Source: an uncultured Candidatus Saccharibacteria bacterium
GTDB taxonomy: Bacteria > Patescibacteriota > Minisyncoccia > Phycocordibacterales > JACNGX01
NCBI GenBank assembly: GCA_964621395.1
Contig: CAZULS010000001.1
Coordinates: forward strand, 64,615 to 128,614
Length of the DNA stretch: 64,000 nucleotides
Direction: 5' to 3'
The notes under the pieces are model-generated. The model was not told where the DNA came from. It was given only the letters and a program-made list of their open reading frames with translations, and ran no database searches. Of the stretch, positions 38,390 to 47,702 are shown one piece after another. Within the stretch, counting starts at the first letter, position 1; every line of letters starts with the position of its first letter. Both the position numbers and the translations under genes were made by a program.

Positions 38390-40330
38390 TTACTCCACCT
38401 CAATCGTCGGTAATTCATCAGGGTCTTCGGTTTCTGTGTATGTGTCGCTTAAGTCCATTAGAAATTCTGAGGGAGTTTGGGCGCTGATTGAGCCGAAGAT
38501 GGTGCGTGTGTGGGCGTAGGAGAGCCACACTTTTTTCTCCGCACGAGTGATGGCGACATAAAAGAGACGGCGTTCTTCTTCAGCACGCTCGGGACTTACG
38601 ACTGGTCCATCGAAACCGCGGTGTGGGAAAAGTCCGTCTTCAAGGCCGGTGATAAAGACATACGGAAATTCCAATCCCTTGGAAGCGTGCACGGTCATAA
38701 GGCGGACGGCATTTTCATCTTTCTTTTTCTTGGCATCGCCGAGCGAGTCTTGATCGGAAGCAAGGGCCGCGTCGGAGAGGAGCGTTTCAATTCCCTCTTC
38801 GGGTGTGAGGTGGTCGTATTTGGTCGCCAAGCCGACGAGCTCATAGACATTCTCCAGGCGCTCTTCCCCTTCTTCTTTGTCTTTGCGAAAAGCATCCTCA
38901 AGACCGGAACGCTTAATTACATGCTTGAGCGTTTGCGATACAGGGAGATTGGCGCAGTCGTGGGCGATATCGGAAAGAATGTCACGGAAAGCGTGTACCT
39001 TTGCTTGCGTTGCCGGCGGCAGTGTTGCTTCTTCTCCGGAAAGGACTTTTGCCAATGTCACCTTGCCAATACCGCGTGCGGGGACATTCACAATGCGGGA
39101 GAAATCAGCCGTGGCTGCAGGATTAAGAGCGGCGCGGATGTATGCGAGGACATCTTTCACCTCTTTGCGGGCGAAGAATTTCACACCGAGGACTTGATAC
39201 GGAATATTTTTCCCCAGCATGGCTTCTTCAAGAACGCGTGATTGAAAATTTGCTCTGTAGAGAATGGCGATGTCTTTTGGTTCTGCGCCCTGCCGGATAA
39301 GTTCTTGTATTTTTTGAGCGGCAAAGTCCGCCTCAGCTTTCTCGTCCCCGCAAGCAACAACGCTCAATCTCTCGCCCCCCTCTTTGCGGGTGAAAAGATT
39401 TTTTTCTTTGCGCAGTGTGTTTTTGCTAATGATATCGTTGGCCGCCTCAAGAATAGGCGCGGTGGAGCGATAATTTTCTTCCAAGAGCACCACGGTTGCT
39501 TCAGGGTAATCTTCTTCAAAGAGCATCATGTTGCGGAAGTCGGCACCGCGCCAGCCATAAATACTTTGATCGGTGTCGCCCACCACGCAAATATTTTTTC
39601 GCTCACCGGCGAGAAGTTTGGAAAGGGTGTATTGCGCAAAGTTGGTGTCTTGGTATTCGTCGATGTGAATGTGTGACCAGCGTGAATGATAGGTGTTGCG
39701 GATGGTTGGGTCGTTCTTAAGGAGGAGTGTGGTATGGAGAATGAGATCATCAAAATCAAGAGAACCTTCTTCTTCGAGGAGCTTTTCGTATTCGCTCCAC
39801 ACACGTGCCACGATGCGCGGGAAATATTCGTTTTCCACCGACGCTTTGTAGTTTTCGGCAGTGCGAAGCTCCCCTTTCTCGCGAGAGATGGCATTCTTCA
39901 TACGGCGCGGTTCAAATTGCTTTGGGTCGAGCTCGCATTGCTGCAACGCTTTTTTCATGAGACGCGATGTGTCGTCGTCGTCAAGAATAGTGAAATGCTT
40001 CGGACGATTGATAGCTGCAAATTCACGGCGGAGAATGTAGACGCCAAGCGCATGAAAGGTGGAGACAAACGGCGCGGAACCATCGTATGCTCGGACAGGA
40101 TCTGCCGAGAGAAGTTTTACCACACGCTCCTTCATTTCCGCCGCCGCTTTATTGGTGAAGGTAATGGCAAGGATTTGTTCCGGCGCCACGCCTGAGTGAA
40201 TGAGGTTGAGCATGCGGTGCGTGAGGGTTTTGGTCTTCCCCGCGCCGGCACCGGCCACGATAGAGAGCGGGCCGGTTGTGTGCTCGGCTGCTTTTCTCTG
40301 CTCCGGATTGAGTCCTTCGAGGTGATCCAT
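38390..40330 (-). CDS. pcrA: ATP-dependent DNA helicase PcrA/UvrD
   Basis: AGAGAGKT, DEYQDTN, VGDTDQSIYGWRGA, ENYRS, TVHASKGLEF, EERRLFYVAITRA. Confidence 0.96.
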   Translation of the reverse strand: MDHLEGLNPEQRKAAEHTTGPLSIVAGAGAGKTKTLTHRMLNLIHSGVAPEQILAITFTNKAAAEMKERVVKLLSADPVRAYDGSAPFVSTFHALGVYILRREFAAINRPKHFTILDDDDTSRLMKKALQQCELDPKQFEPRRMKNAISREKGELRTAENYKASVENEYFPRIVARVWSEYEKLLEEEGSLDFDDLILHTTLLLKNDPTIRNTYHSRWSHIHIDEYQDTNFAQYTLSKLLAGERKNICVVGDTDQSIYGWRGADFRNMMLFEEDYPEATVVLLEENYRSTAPILEAANDIISKNTLRKEKNLFTRKEGGERLSVVACGDEKAEADFAAQKIQELIRQGAEPKDIAILYRANFQSRVLEEAMLGKNIPYQVLGVKFFARKEVKDVLAYIRAALNPAATADFSRIVNVPARGIGKVTLAKVLSGEEATLPPATQAKVHAFRDILSDIAHDCANLPVSQTLKHVIKRSGLEDAFRKDKEEGEERLENVYELVGLATKYDHLTPEEGIETLLSDAALASDQDSLGDAKKKKDENAVRLMTVHASKGLEFPYVFITGLEDGLFPHRGFDGPVVSPERAEEERRLFYVAITRAEKKVWLSYAHTRTIFGSISAQTPSEFLMDLSDTYTETEDPDELPTIEVE

Positions 40331-40402
40331 AGGGGGTAAGTATAGCATACGAGTTTCGAGTATCGAGTTGCGAGCAGTGTCGCTTCGCGACATGAAAGTT
40401 GT

Positions 40403-40599
40403 TAGAACCAGTCTCACTGAAAATGGCTTGTTCACACGCCCAAACTGCGAGCGAGCCGACGTCGCGGAGACCGTGCCGCACTGCCGTGCGGTGCGGTTGA
40501 GCGACAAGGCGCAGCCGCTGTTTGGGCGTGGGAACTGCCAAGCGTAGCTCTTGAATATGTTTCCCTTATTTTTCAACGTTTTCAGTGAGACTGGTTCTA
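40403..40599. mobile_element. TAGAACC-ended MITE, subfamily A (197 bp)
   Basis: Near-identical to 35708..35905. Confidence 0.88.
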
Positions 40600-40787
40600 G
40601 TTGGTAGTTTTTAGTTTTTAGTGGGCGCGGCTACGCCGCGCCTCATAAATTACACTTCCTGTCATCCCGCACTTGATGCGGGATCTCCGCTATATTGTTT
40701 CCAGACATGGTTGGGGAAGATCCTGAATCGAGTTCAGGATGACACAGGGAACATGGGTGCCAGCACATCTGCATTTCATATCATACA

Positions 40788-41038
40788 AAAAAACAAAGGG
40801 CCCGTTAGAAACGGACCCCTCAGGAGGTGAAGCATGGCATCCGGGATAATCGATATCAAATGACTGATAAATGTCTTAAGTAATGAACATGAGAAAAAGT
40901 AAAAAAGAGGAGAGTGCGTGGCGCCACGCAGCATGTTCAAAAAGAAAGACAAAAATCAACCAACTGATATACGACTATGTCGAATCAAGCTTCACTTAAA
41001 AAAGAACAGGTACAAAAGAGCGCAAGTAACGATAGCTG
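40788..41038 (-). ncRNA. Candidate ~250-nt sRNA containing anti-SD UCACCUCCU
   Basis: TTGACG-16-GAGAAT (with TG extension) upstream, nested stems, U-tailed terminator at 40788-40818, no long ORF on this strand. Confidence 0.45.
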
Positions 41039-41147
41039 ATACTATTCTCGCATATCTCACGCATTCGTCAAGTGCGATTGTGGATAAAACTAGCCCCGCC
41101 TTTTTACGGGCGGGGCCTGCGACGAACATCTTTGCGCGGGGTTTGCA

Positions 41148-41231
41148 CTACCGTGTGATGCTGCTCATATCGCGGCAACCTGTTTCAGAGACACTGACAC
41201 AGGTTGTGGTAATCGGGGATGCACGTTTCAT
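41148..41231 (-). CDS. Candidate 27-aa peptide in a highly structured transcript
   Basis: MKRASPITTTCVSVSETGCRDMSSITR*, SD AAGGAG, terminator at 41093-41116. Confidence 0.4.
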   Translation of the reverse strand: MKRASPITTTCVSVSETGCRDMSSITR

Positions 41232-41409
41232 AACGTTCTCCTTTTACCGAATTTGGGAATTCAGTAAAGGTAATGCAAGGGCATTACCCCTTGTTCTTCC
41301 ATTCCCATAGAGAAGAACAAACGAATTTCAATATAACATATCTAAGACACAAAGTTAAATATATTTCTGCTCAAAAGATTTTCTGTAACAGATGTGACAT
41401 TATCAAAAA

Positions 41410-43803
41410 TTATGCAATATCCTCCGGCGAAAGAGTGAGTGATTGTCCGCGGGCGATTGTTTTTGCGATGAGACCGTCGGCAATGTATTGTTCGATATGC
41501 TGCTGGATGTAGCGTTTCATTGGGCGGGCACCGAACGCTCTGTCGTAGCCTTCACGCGCGACATGAGCCGCCATCTCGGGGGCAAATGACACACGTACAC
41601 CTCCCTCTTCCTCAATACGCAGAGCAACTTTCCGGAGCATGATGTGAGCAATGGCTTCCACGTCTTTTGGTGAGAGCGGATGGAAGAGAATGGTGCCGGA
41701 GAAGCGGTTGAGGAGTTCGGGCTTAAAGAGGCCATGTTCGATTATCATTGCGATGAAGGTGTCATGCTCTTCGGAAACGTCGCGACCTTCTTCAGTCGCT
41801 TTCCAGATGATGTCGGAGCCGGCATTGGATGTGGCAATAAAGAGAATGTTGCGTGCGTTGACGCGCCTCCCCTCTCCATCGGTAAAGATTCCTTCATCGA
41901 GAATCTGCAAGAACAGATCGTGAACATCCGGATTTGTTTTTTCGAATTCGTCGAGAAGTAACACGCCGTGGGGATGTTCTCGGATCATTGTGGCAAGCAT
42001 GCCCGCCTCCCCGGACGGTGTGCCGATCAAGCGAGCAAGTGCGTCGTGTCCGCGGTATTCCGACATATCAAGACGCAGGAGCGAAGACTCGCCGCCAAAG
42101 ACGACACGCGAGAGCGCTTTGGCGGTTTCTGTTTTCCCGACTCCGGTCGGGCCGAAGAAGATAAATGAGCCGATTGGTTTGCGCGTGTCGGAAACTCCCG
42201 CGCGAGCTCTTCTGAGTGTTTGTGCGATGGCGGAGATTGCCGTCTCTTGACCCACGATGTGTTTGTGGAGGTGTGTTTCAAGATCGGAGAGGACGAGACG
42301 TTCGGAATCTGAGAGCGCGTCAACTGGCACGCTACTTTTCTCGGCGATGAGTGAGCGAATGGTTTCGGGAGTGATGAGCCGCTCTTTTTCCGCAACAGCA
42401 ACTCGGGCGGCGGCTTCGGAGAGGAGATCGCGCGCTTTGTCTACCGGGTCTGCCGACATGAAGTATCGCTCAGCTCCGGAAAGCGCCTTCTCGATTGCCG
42501 GATAGGTGAAGAAGACGTGATAGTTCTTTTCAAGATCGGCAACATCGGACTCCAAAAAGATGAGGAGATCGCTTGAGTCTACGCGCGGAGGACGGACGAT
42601 TTCGAAGCGGCGCATGAGCGACATGTCGCGTTCAAGTTCGCGTGTGTAGGTGCGTGTATCGGAAAACGCGATGAACGCTAGTGACGAATCGGTGAGGAAA
42701 GGATCGAGTATCGAGCGGATATCCGCACCAATTGTGTGTGCTGAGGCCATGAATGCGTGAAGGCGCGGTATGCCGATAATGATATCTCCGGCGTGCCGCG
42801 CTTCTTCCAGGAGTGCTCGGAGGATGCGTTCAAAGGTGATTTTGTCACCCGTCTCGGCGATGAGAAGATCGGTGTCAAGGAGTGCGATGCGTGTATGTTT
42901 CTTTTCTCCAGTGGGGCGGCTGCGAAGCTCGCTTAGGAGGCTTCCGAGGAATACAGGAGCATCAAAAGGACCGACGACAAGCACATTGGATTCATGTGAT
43001 TTTGAAAGACCGCCCAATACACGCGAAAGGGTACGCTCTCCAAGAACACTTCCTTGTGACGCATACGGTACCGTACGGAGGAATGCATCAAGTGTATCGG
43101 TGCGTTTTTTGTGAAATGTTGCGCCAAGTGTTTTTTTGCTTAAGAGCCGCTCGGTATGCCACCAGAAGATTCTATCCAGTTCTCTCTCGCGCATGCGTCC
43201 ACACCACCCGGCTGTGCTTGCGGCGACGTGGCGTGTGATGCCTTTGGAAAAAAGAAAGTCGCTCAAAGGTTCGTCATGTGCGATGAGTTCGGCGACAAAA
43301 TCTTCAAGAGAATACCACGGCGAGTGATCGGTGTCGGTAAAGGAGAGTTTCGTTTTTTGCACACCTCTTTTTTTGAGAAAAGCGCGTACTTCTTTTGGTG
43401 AGAGTCCGAGGCGGTGCGTGTATGCAGTGCCGATTGGCGAGCGAAAGAGCGCACGAACCAAATCACCGCGATGCATACTTTCGGTGATGGAAAGGACAGC
43501 AAGAGAGATAAGCCTCTCGACGCCCTCGGTGGTTTTTGTGCCGCGTGCGCGGAAATACAGTGAGCGGAAAAAAAGCTCCGCCATGAAAAGAACAAGTGTG
43601 CAGCCAAAGAGTATGAGGCCGATACCGGCGATGATGTTTCCGTATGTGTGCGTGTGAAAGGTTGCCGCGCCGAAGAAAAGAATGATTGCCAGCATGAGTG
43701 CCCCTGCGGCAATTCTCATACGAGCTCGGCGCGGAAGCAATCGCTCAAGGACGGAAAGCGGATACAGTGCCGAGCGTGAAGTTGTGTTCCTGAGTGTGCT
43801 CAT
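41410..43803 (-). CDS. Membrane-anchored ClpA/B-like AAA+ ATPase with degenerate first module
   Basis: Two N-terminal TM. NBD2 intact (IVGQE, GPTGVGKT, RLDMSEY, LLLDEFEK, PELLNR, GARP). NBD1 Walker motifs lost. Confidence 0.88.
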   Translation of the reverse strand: MSTLRNTTSRSALYPLSVLERLLPRRARMRIAAGALMLAIILFFGAATFHTHTYGNIIAGIGLILFGCTLVLFMAELFFRSLYFRARGTKTTEGVERLISLAVLSITESMHRGDLVRALFRSPIGTAYTHRLGLSPKEVRAFLKKRGVQKTKLSFTDTDHSPWYSLEDFVAELIAHDEPLSDFLFSKGITRHVAASTAGWCGRMRERELDRIFWWHTERLLSKKTLGATFHKKRTDTLDAFLRTVPYASQGSVLGERTLSRVLGGLSKSHESNVLVVGPFDAPVFLGSLLSELRSRPTGEKKHTRIALLDTDLLIAETGDKITFERILRALLEEARHAGDIIIGIPRLHAFMASAHTIGADIRSILDPFLTDSSLAFIAFSDTRTYTRELERDMSLMRRFEIVRPPRVDSSDLLIFLESDVADLEKNYHVFFTYPAIEKALSGAERYFMSADPVDKARDLLSEAAARVAVAEKERLITPETIRSLIAEKSSVPVDALSDSERLVLSDLETHLHKHIVGQETAISAIAQTLRRARAGVSDTRKPIGSFIFFGPTGVGKTETAKALSRVVFGGESSLLRLDMSEYRGHDALARLIGTPSGEAGMLATMIREHPHGVLLLDEFEKTNPDVHDLFLQILDEGIFTDGEGRRVNARNILFIATSNAGSDIIWKATEEGRDVSEEHDTFIAMIIEHGLFKPELLNRFSGTILFHPLSPKDVEAIAHIMLRKVALRIEEEGGVRVSFAPEMAAHVAREGYDRAFGARPMKRYIQQHIEQYIADGLIAKTIARGQSLTLSPEDIA

Positions 43804-44189
43804 AGAAAAAGAATGAAGAATCCGAGGAGTATGACGGCGATTGCGGCAAACGGAAGAAGAAGCCAGAGTATGAAGGAAAAGAGAAGAATCGGCAGCGAAC
43901 AGAGTGTGACAATCAGCCATCCGAGGAGGAGAACGCTTCGGGCGATTATGCCGACAATGCGCATGAGTGTGTTGACGATAAACGCTTCAAAGAATTTGGT
44001 CGGTGAGAGATCTTTCGGATACGCTTCCCCTTCCGCTTTCCAGGGACGGAAGAAGGTGGCAAGAAGAGTGGGCACGGAAAACGTGTGCGCGAGAAAGCGA
44101 AGTGCCGTGAGCGCAAGAGAAGCTCCATCGGAGATGCCGATAGAGTAATGCCACAAAAGATAACGACTCGAAAGCGCGAGAGGATTCAT
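43800..44189 (-). CDS. Small membrane protein translationally coupled to the Clp-like ATPase
   Basis: YLLWHYS, FSVPTLLATFFRPWK, RIVG..AR. Its stop overlaps the Clp ATG (ATGA). Confidence 0.8.
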   Translation of the reverse strand: MNPLALSSRYLLWHYSIGISDGASLALTALRFLAHTFSVPTLLATFFRPWKAEGEAYPKDLSPTKFFEAFIVNTLMRIVGIIARSVLLLGWLIVTLCSLPILLFSFILWLLLPFAAIAVILLGFFILFL

Positions 44190-44318
44190 GATGTAAGTAT
44201 ATCAATGCCGCACCTCTGCCGCTACTTTTTGTGTGCATGAATTTTCTGTATTTGTAGTACTGTATAAAAAGACGAGCCCAGAATGCCCGTCTTTTTATAA
44301 TTATACACAGCGAAATTT

Positions 44319-44639
44319 CTACGCTGTTTTTGTTTTAAATTCCTCAATGGTCTCGGTCATAACCTGAGACATGACTGAATCCCAATCGGGAATATGTGTC
44401 GCAATAAATGCTGACACCTCAGCTGAGGTCACCCCTCCATCTTCTTCGGAGAGACGGTTGAATTCTTCTTGATGCTCTAAAGGAATGCGGTCAATTGCTG
44501 CAAGGAGAAGGCGTTTTACGATAATTTCTCCCAATTGTTCAATAACCTGCTCTTGCTCTTCTTCGGAGAAACCTTCAAGGCCGAGCTTTTCGACGATAAT
44601 CGCATGGAGTGCATCGTATGTTGCAATTGATGAAGACAT
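44319..44639 (-). CDS. Small acidic helical protein (DUF5663-like)
   Basis: LGLEGFSEEEQEQVI..LGE.I..R, F...HIPDWD. Confidence 0.65.
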   Translation of the reverse strand: MSSSIATYDALHAIIVEKLGLEGFSEEEQEQVIEQLGEIIVKRLLLAAIDRIPLEHQEEFNRLSEEDGGVTSAEVSAFIATHIPDWDSVMSQVMTETIEEFKTKTA

Positions 44640-44674
44640 AAGGAACGAAATGATTACGAAAGATTGATAAATTA

Positions 44675-46042
44675 CTATTTGTTTTGAAGATTCTGTGCAA
44701 TGCTATCGATTTCCGCCTGAGAAAGATTGAGTGCATCTTGATACGCGGTATTTACATTTCCATCGTTGAGCACAGAGGACAAATCAAGCGTATCTCCCGG
44801 GAAAATCATATCGGGATCGCCGCTTTCAATACCGACAGCTTGGAGCTGGCCAGGGTTCATAGCCTCAACACGATCCTTTAGCGCATCCACAACATGCGTT
44901 TGCTGCTCGGCGCCCATGGCATCGAATGTGGATTGACCGGACAGTTTCTCTTTGATGATATCCCACACGGTATCACCTTCTTCGACAGGGATGTTGCTTG
45001 TGTTACCTAGGAGACCTTCAACTGCGCTGCTCGCACCATCTCCGACACCGGAAAGCAGCTCACCAAAGAGGCGGCCAAGTAAGACAGTGGCAACGACACC
45101 GCCGCCCGCGGAGACAAGAGTGTGAACATTTTTCTTAACGGTAGAGCGCTGATCGACACCCTCCCCTTTCTTCTTTGCGTATTTTTCAAATGCTCCTTCA
45201 AAAGTTGCATAGAGTGCCGAGCCGGTCAAAACGCGACCCACTATTGCCGGAGCGAAAAATGCGGGAAAACCCGTAAAAGTTCCCACAACAGCGCTTCCAA
45301 CCGCTGCTGCGGCAAGACCACGTTTAACCCACTTTGGACATCCTTTTTTCCACCATTCCCCGAAACGACGTCCGACATTCCACCCCTCTTTTTCTTTTTG
45401 AGCAAGTTTTTCTTCGTCGCGGCGTTGCATTTCTTCTAGCGCCTTTTTGACATCTTCCTGACGCTCCGCCTTCTCTCGCAAATCTTCCATATCGGTGAGC
45501 GGTTCAAGACGGTCCTTCTCTACGGTACCGTCACCCACTTCTCCTTGAGTGTTTTCCACCTCTCCTTCTTTGTCGTCAGTATTGCGATTTTCAAAACCGG
45601 CACGAAGGCCAGCGCCCTTTTCCGTGTCATCCAACGGACTCCCTGCTCCTTGCTCTTTGCCCGGAACCTCAGTTGTTACAGATCCTTGAGGAGGAGTATT
45701 CGGATCGTATGCTTGTTCCGAAGAGATTTGCTCTCCCATGACGAAATTAGACTCTTCTTTCTCGTTCTCGTTGTCGTCGGTATTGCGATTTTCAAAGCAT
45801 TCTTTCAGAGCTGCGCCTTTTGTTGTGTCATCCAACGGACTCCCTGCTCCCTGCTCTTTGGGCACAGACTTCTTTTTTGAGCGGAGTTTTTCCATTGGGT
45901 TAAAGGAGAAGGCGGTCCCTCCTTCTTTTTCTTTCGGTTTTTGTAATTCCTCTTTTGGATTAAAAGAGAACGAATCACGCGGACGTTCCCCATTGACGAT
46001 ATCTTCCAGGCTAGGAAAATCTTTTTCAGGTGAAGACGACAT
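44675..46042 (-). CDS. Membrane protein with acidic repeats and C-terminal LysM-like domain
   Basis: Repeat KEQGAGSPLDDT..GA.L...FENRNTDD twice, central hydrophobic segments, VEEGDTVWDI...DMIFPGDTL. Promoter TTGACA-17-TACAAT at about 46076-46104. Confidence 0.75.
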   Translation of the reverse strand: MSSSPEKDFPSLEDIVNGERPRDSFSFNPKEELQKPKEKEGGTAFSFNPMEKLRSKKKSVPKEQGAGSPLDDTTKGAALKECFENRNTDDNENEKEESNFVMGEQISSEQAYDPNTPPQGSVTTEVPGKEQGAGSPLDDTEKGAGLRAGFENRNTDDKEGEVENTQGEVGDGTVEKDRLEPLTDMEDLREKAERQEDVKKALEEMQRRDEEKLAQKEKEGWNVGRRFGEWWKKGCPKWVKRGLAAAAVGSAVVGTFTGFPAFFAPAIVGRVLTGSALYATFEGAFEKYAKKKGEGVDQRSTVKKNVHTLVSAGGGVVATVLLGRLFGELLSGVGDGASSAVEGLLGNTSNIPVEEGDTVWDIIKEKLSGQSTFDAMGAEQQTHVVDALKDRVEAMNPGQLQAVGIESGDPDMIFPGDTLDLSSVLNDGNVNTAYQDALNLSQAEIDSIAQNLQNK

Positions 46043-46182
46043 AGGTAATAGTAGACAAATATGAATAACGATTGCATTGTATACTTTTCTTTCTATGTTG
46101 TCAAGTGTGTGTGGAAAATTTTCGTTTTGAGGTTATCCCCAGACCCTCTTGACTGTGATTTTGGATGCGCTATACTCGCTCT

Positions 46183-46410
46183 ATACGAAAGAAACGGCTG
46201 GTTTGACGCGCCCGAAGCATATACTCACCGAACCGATCCAAAACGGCTTCGTTGAGCCATATCATTCGGATTCTGCACGATAGACACACCCTCGGAATAG
46301 CTTGAAAACCCTTGAAATACGGCATATTACGCCTGTATGTGCGGGGCAGAAGAGCTCTTTCCCCTACGGCTTATAATACCCTCAATACAAGATCCTGGCA
46401 GTTTCCTTGT
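46183..46410 (+). ncRNA. Candidate ~225-nt structured RNA upstream of the LysM/M23 gene
   Basis: Promoter TTGACT-16-TATACT (46149-46176). 5' gaaacggctgg can pair with 3' ctggcagtttc. Internal stems present. Confidence 0.5.
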
Positions 46411-46438
46411 TATTGCAAGTCAGGTGAACATACTGTAT

Positions 46439-47458
46439 ATGAGACGCTCCGCAGCGTTCCGTGCGGTGGCTATTGTCGTGTCTCTCTCCATCCCGCTCTT
46501 TACGCATGCGGGTGTATTCTCTTTTGTCGGCGGTCTTCTCGGAAGTGAAGAAAAGACAGAGACGATTGCGCTTTCCGAAGAGAATTCTCAGACCATGGCG
46601 TTGCTCTCCCCTGCGCTTCACCCGGATCCGAATCCGGCAAAGGGTGGTGGTGATATTTCCGTGGTAGACGGCGCAGCGCTTTTGCCGGAGGCGGGTCCCT
46701 CAGGCACCCTTGCCGATATTGAAGAAATTTCTCTTACATCCGATCATATTTCTTTGTATGTGGTGCGTCCGGGCGACTCCCTTTCTCAGATTGCGGAAAT
46801 GTTTAATGTCTCACCGAGCACGATTAAATGGGCGAATGATATTTCTTCAAGCGATGTGATTGTTCCCGGCGACACATTGGTGATTTTACCGATTTCCGGT
46901 ATTCGCCACACGGTGAAGAGCGGCGATACTGTGGGAAGCATTGCAAAGAAGTATGGTGGTGATATTGATGAGATTCTCGAATACAATGCCCTTGAAAGCG
47001 CGACACTTTCTGTGGGTGATATCCTCATCATTCCCGATGGAGAAATGGGCACACCTGCCGGCACATCTTCATACTCTCGCGGAGCAACACCGACATATTC
47101 TTCCACCGCTTCATCAGGATATTACATGCGTCCGATTTCCGGAGGATATCGTTCCCAGGGATTGCATGGATACAATGCCGTTGACCTTGCTGCGCCGATT
47201 GGCACACCGATTTATGCATCAGCATCCGGTGACGTGATTCTTTCCCGCGGCAGCGGATGGAATGGTGGCTATGGAAGTTATATTGTGATCAGACATCCAA
47301 ATGGCACGCAAACACTCTACGCGCACAACTCTCAGAATATCGTTTCCGCCGGTCAGCATGTGGTGCAAGGTCAGATTATTGGATACGTCGGCTCAACCGG
47401 ACGCTCAACCGGACCGCACATCCACTTTGAAATCCGCGGCGCGGCGAATCCATTTTAA
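46439..47458 (+). CDS. LysM-domain M23 peptidoglycan endopeptidase
   Basis: Signal peptide, two LysM domains (YVVRPGDSLSQIA, HTVKSGDTVGSIA), HGYNAVD, YAH, GPHIHFE. Confidence 0.93.
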   Translation: MRRSAAFRAVAIVVSLSIPLFTHAGVFSFVGGLLGSEEKTETIALSEENSQTMALLSPALHPDPNPAKGGGDISVVDGAALLPEAGPSGTLADIEEISLTSDHISLYVVRPGDSLSQIAEMFNVSPSTIKWANDISSSDVIVPGDTLVILPISGIRHTVKSGDTVGSIAKKYGGDIDEILEYNALESATLSVGDILIIPDGEMGTPAGTSSYSRGATPTYSSTASSGYYMRPISGGYRSQGLHGYNAVDLAAPIGTPIYASASGDVILSRGSGWNGGYGSYIVIRHPNGTQTLYAHNSQNIVSAGQHVVQGQIIGYVGSTGRSTGPHIHFEIRGAANPF

Positions 47459-47702
47459 TACGAACGATAAATAAAAAACGATAAACGATAAATCAAAAAA
47501 CACGAGCTCGCGCTCGTATTTTTTGTGTAAAAGATAAACCTGTAACGATATTACTTTCCACTGTCATCCCGCACTTGATGCGGAATCCAGGCAGAAGTGG
47601 GTGGTTATATATACTTTTAGATTCCCGCTCGGAGGCGGGAATGACAATCTTTCTTACTCATAAGCAGAAAATGGCACATAAAAACCCCGCACAGAGCGAG
47701 GT

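Noticed and set aside
40331-40576. N-terminal extension of PcrA, and similar extensions on tyrS, PBP, dnaA, DUF192 and the 37136 ORF
   Set aside because: These are read-through of MITE, REP or other intergenic DNA. The -10 box position and/or the family N-terminus identify the later ATG.
40918-41310. 130-aa plus-strand ORF
   Set aside because: Promoter and terminator polarity in this region point to the minus strand, and the protein has no recognisable features. Not fully excluded.
46183-46410. RNase P RNA, tmRNA or c-di-AMP riboswitch
   Set aside because: It contains GGCTTAT but lacks the GGAAAGTC P4 strand, has no tRNA-like T-arm or CCA end, and lacks ydaO consensus blocks. Kept as an unknown RNA.
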